Positions 63,488-64,000 of a stretch of 64,000 bases of DNA are shown here, piece after piece. The notes under the pieces are model-generated. The model did not search any database and was not told the origin of the DNA. It saw only the letters and a program-made list of their open reading frames with translations. Source of the DNA: an uncultured virus (IMG/VR IMGVR_UViG_3300028592_000009) (Duplodnaviria > Heunggongvirae > Uroviricota > Caudoviricetes); IMG/VR virus record IMGVR_UViG_3300028592_000009. The stretch is one strand, 5' to 3'. Both the position numbers and the translations under genes were made by a program. How positions within the stretch are numbered: the stretch's first letter is position 1; each line of letters begins with the position of its first letter.

Positions 63488-64000
63488 TTACTTGACGTTG
63501 AACTTGATCTCGGCGTCTGCAGGGATACGGATTCCCAGAATCACAGCGCGCCCCTTGTACGGGTCGCGACGGTACTTCGCGACCTTGGTGTAGCCCATTT
63601 CCTCCAAGCGCTTCCCGAACGCCTGGAGCCCCGGGATGTCCCGAGCCCTCTCGGTCTTGGACCAGACCTCGAAGATCTTGTACAGCGGCGTGACCTGTGA
63701 GACGTAGTGCTCGCCCTCAGGCGTGTGCTCGCCGATCTCGATGTCGCCCTCGGACGAGGCGTGCATGACCCACTTCTGCACGATGTCCGCGTCGACTCGG
63801 TACGAGGACGAAGCCTCGACGACCTCTTCCGGCTGGATCAGGCCCTCCGCGCGGTACAGGCGGAGCCCCTCGACCATCCAGTTGAAGACGCCATCCAGCT
63901 CGCCAGCAAACCCCTCCACGCCCCTGATCTTCTGGGACAGCTGGTCGTCACGGTCGGGGTGTCCCGGCGGGAACGCCACCTTCCACGGGACGACCTGGAT
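63488..64000 (-). CDS. DNA primase/helicase (P4/D5-like), C-terminal part, truncated by window edge
   Basis: 'IQVVPW..F....RDDQL', 'GVFNWMVEGLRLY..EGL..P', 'YR..D.V..W', 'FGKRLEEMG'. Confidence 0.8.
   Translation of the reverse strand: MQVVPWKVAFPPGHPDRDDQLSQKIRGVEGFAGELDGVFNWMVEGLRLYRAEGLIQPEEVVEASSSYRVDADIVQKWVMHASSEGDIEIGEHTPEGEHYVSQVTPLYKIFEVWSKTERARDIPGLQAFGKRLEEMGYTKVAKYRRDPYKGRAVILGIRIPADAEIKFNVK

Noticed and set aside
1..64000. Integrase, repressor or attP (temperate lifestyle), including the tRNA-like element as an att site
   Set aside because: No tyrosine or serine recombinase recognised in the window; the remainder of the genome is not visible

Overview
High-GC siphovirus genome segment, most likely a Streptomyces/actinobacterial phage. 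No integrase or repressor is recognisable in the window, so it looks lytic. 0.1-24.9 kb (+): terminase, portal, head, tail (with a -1 frameshifted chaperone), lysis genes, a tail-fibre-like gene and a glycosyltransferase / nucleotidyltransferase / FkbM-methyltransferase trio. 25-49.7 kb (-): replication, recombination and nucleotide-metabolism genes (DinG-like and SNF2 helicases, RuvC-like, divergent ThyX, HU, MazG-like, DnaE, DUF1599, HAD, flavin oxidoreductase, TerD, SSB, AAA recombinase, Cas4-like nuclease, dCMP deaminase) plus an aberrant tRNA-like element. Main discovery: ten type II hammerhead ribozymes on the sense strand between 49.7 and 55.8 kb. Each lies in an intergenic gap directly in front of a Shine-Dalgarno site, so two polycistronic transcripts, each starting with a homologous structured non-coding leader, would self-cleave into separate mRNAs with 39-43 nt leaders. 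Next to it, 56.4-62.3 kb is an array of single-gene cassettes, each with its own 17-bp-spaced promoter and (AAC)n leader. A symmetric TA-phased element of fixed ~81-bp geometry recurs about 13 times across the genome. The window ends inside a D5/P4-type primase-helicase. All protein calls come from motif recognition and synteny, not database searches.
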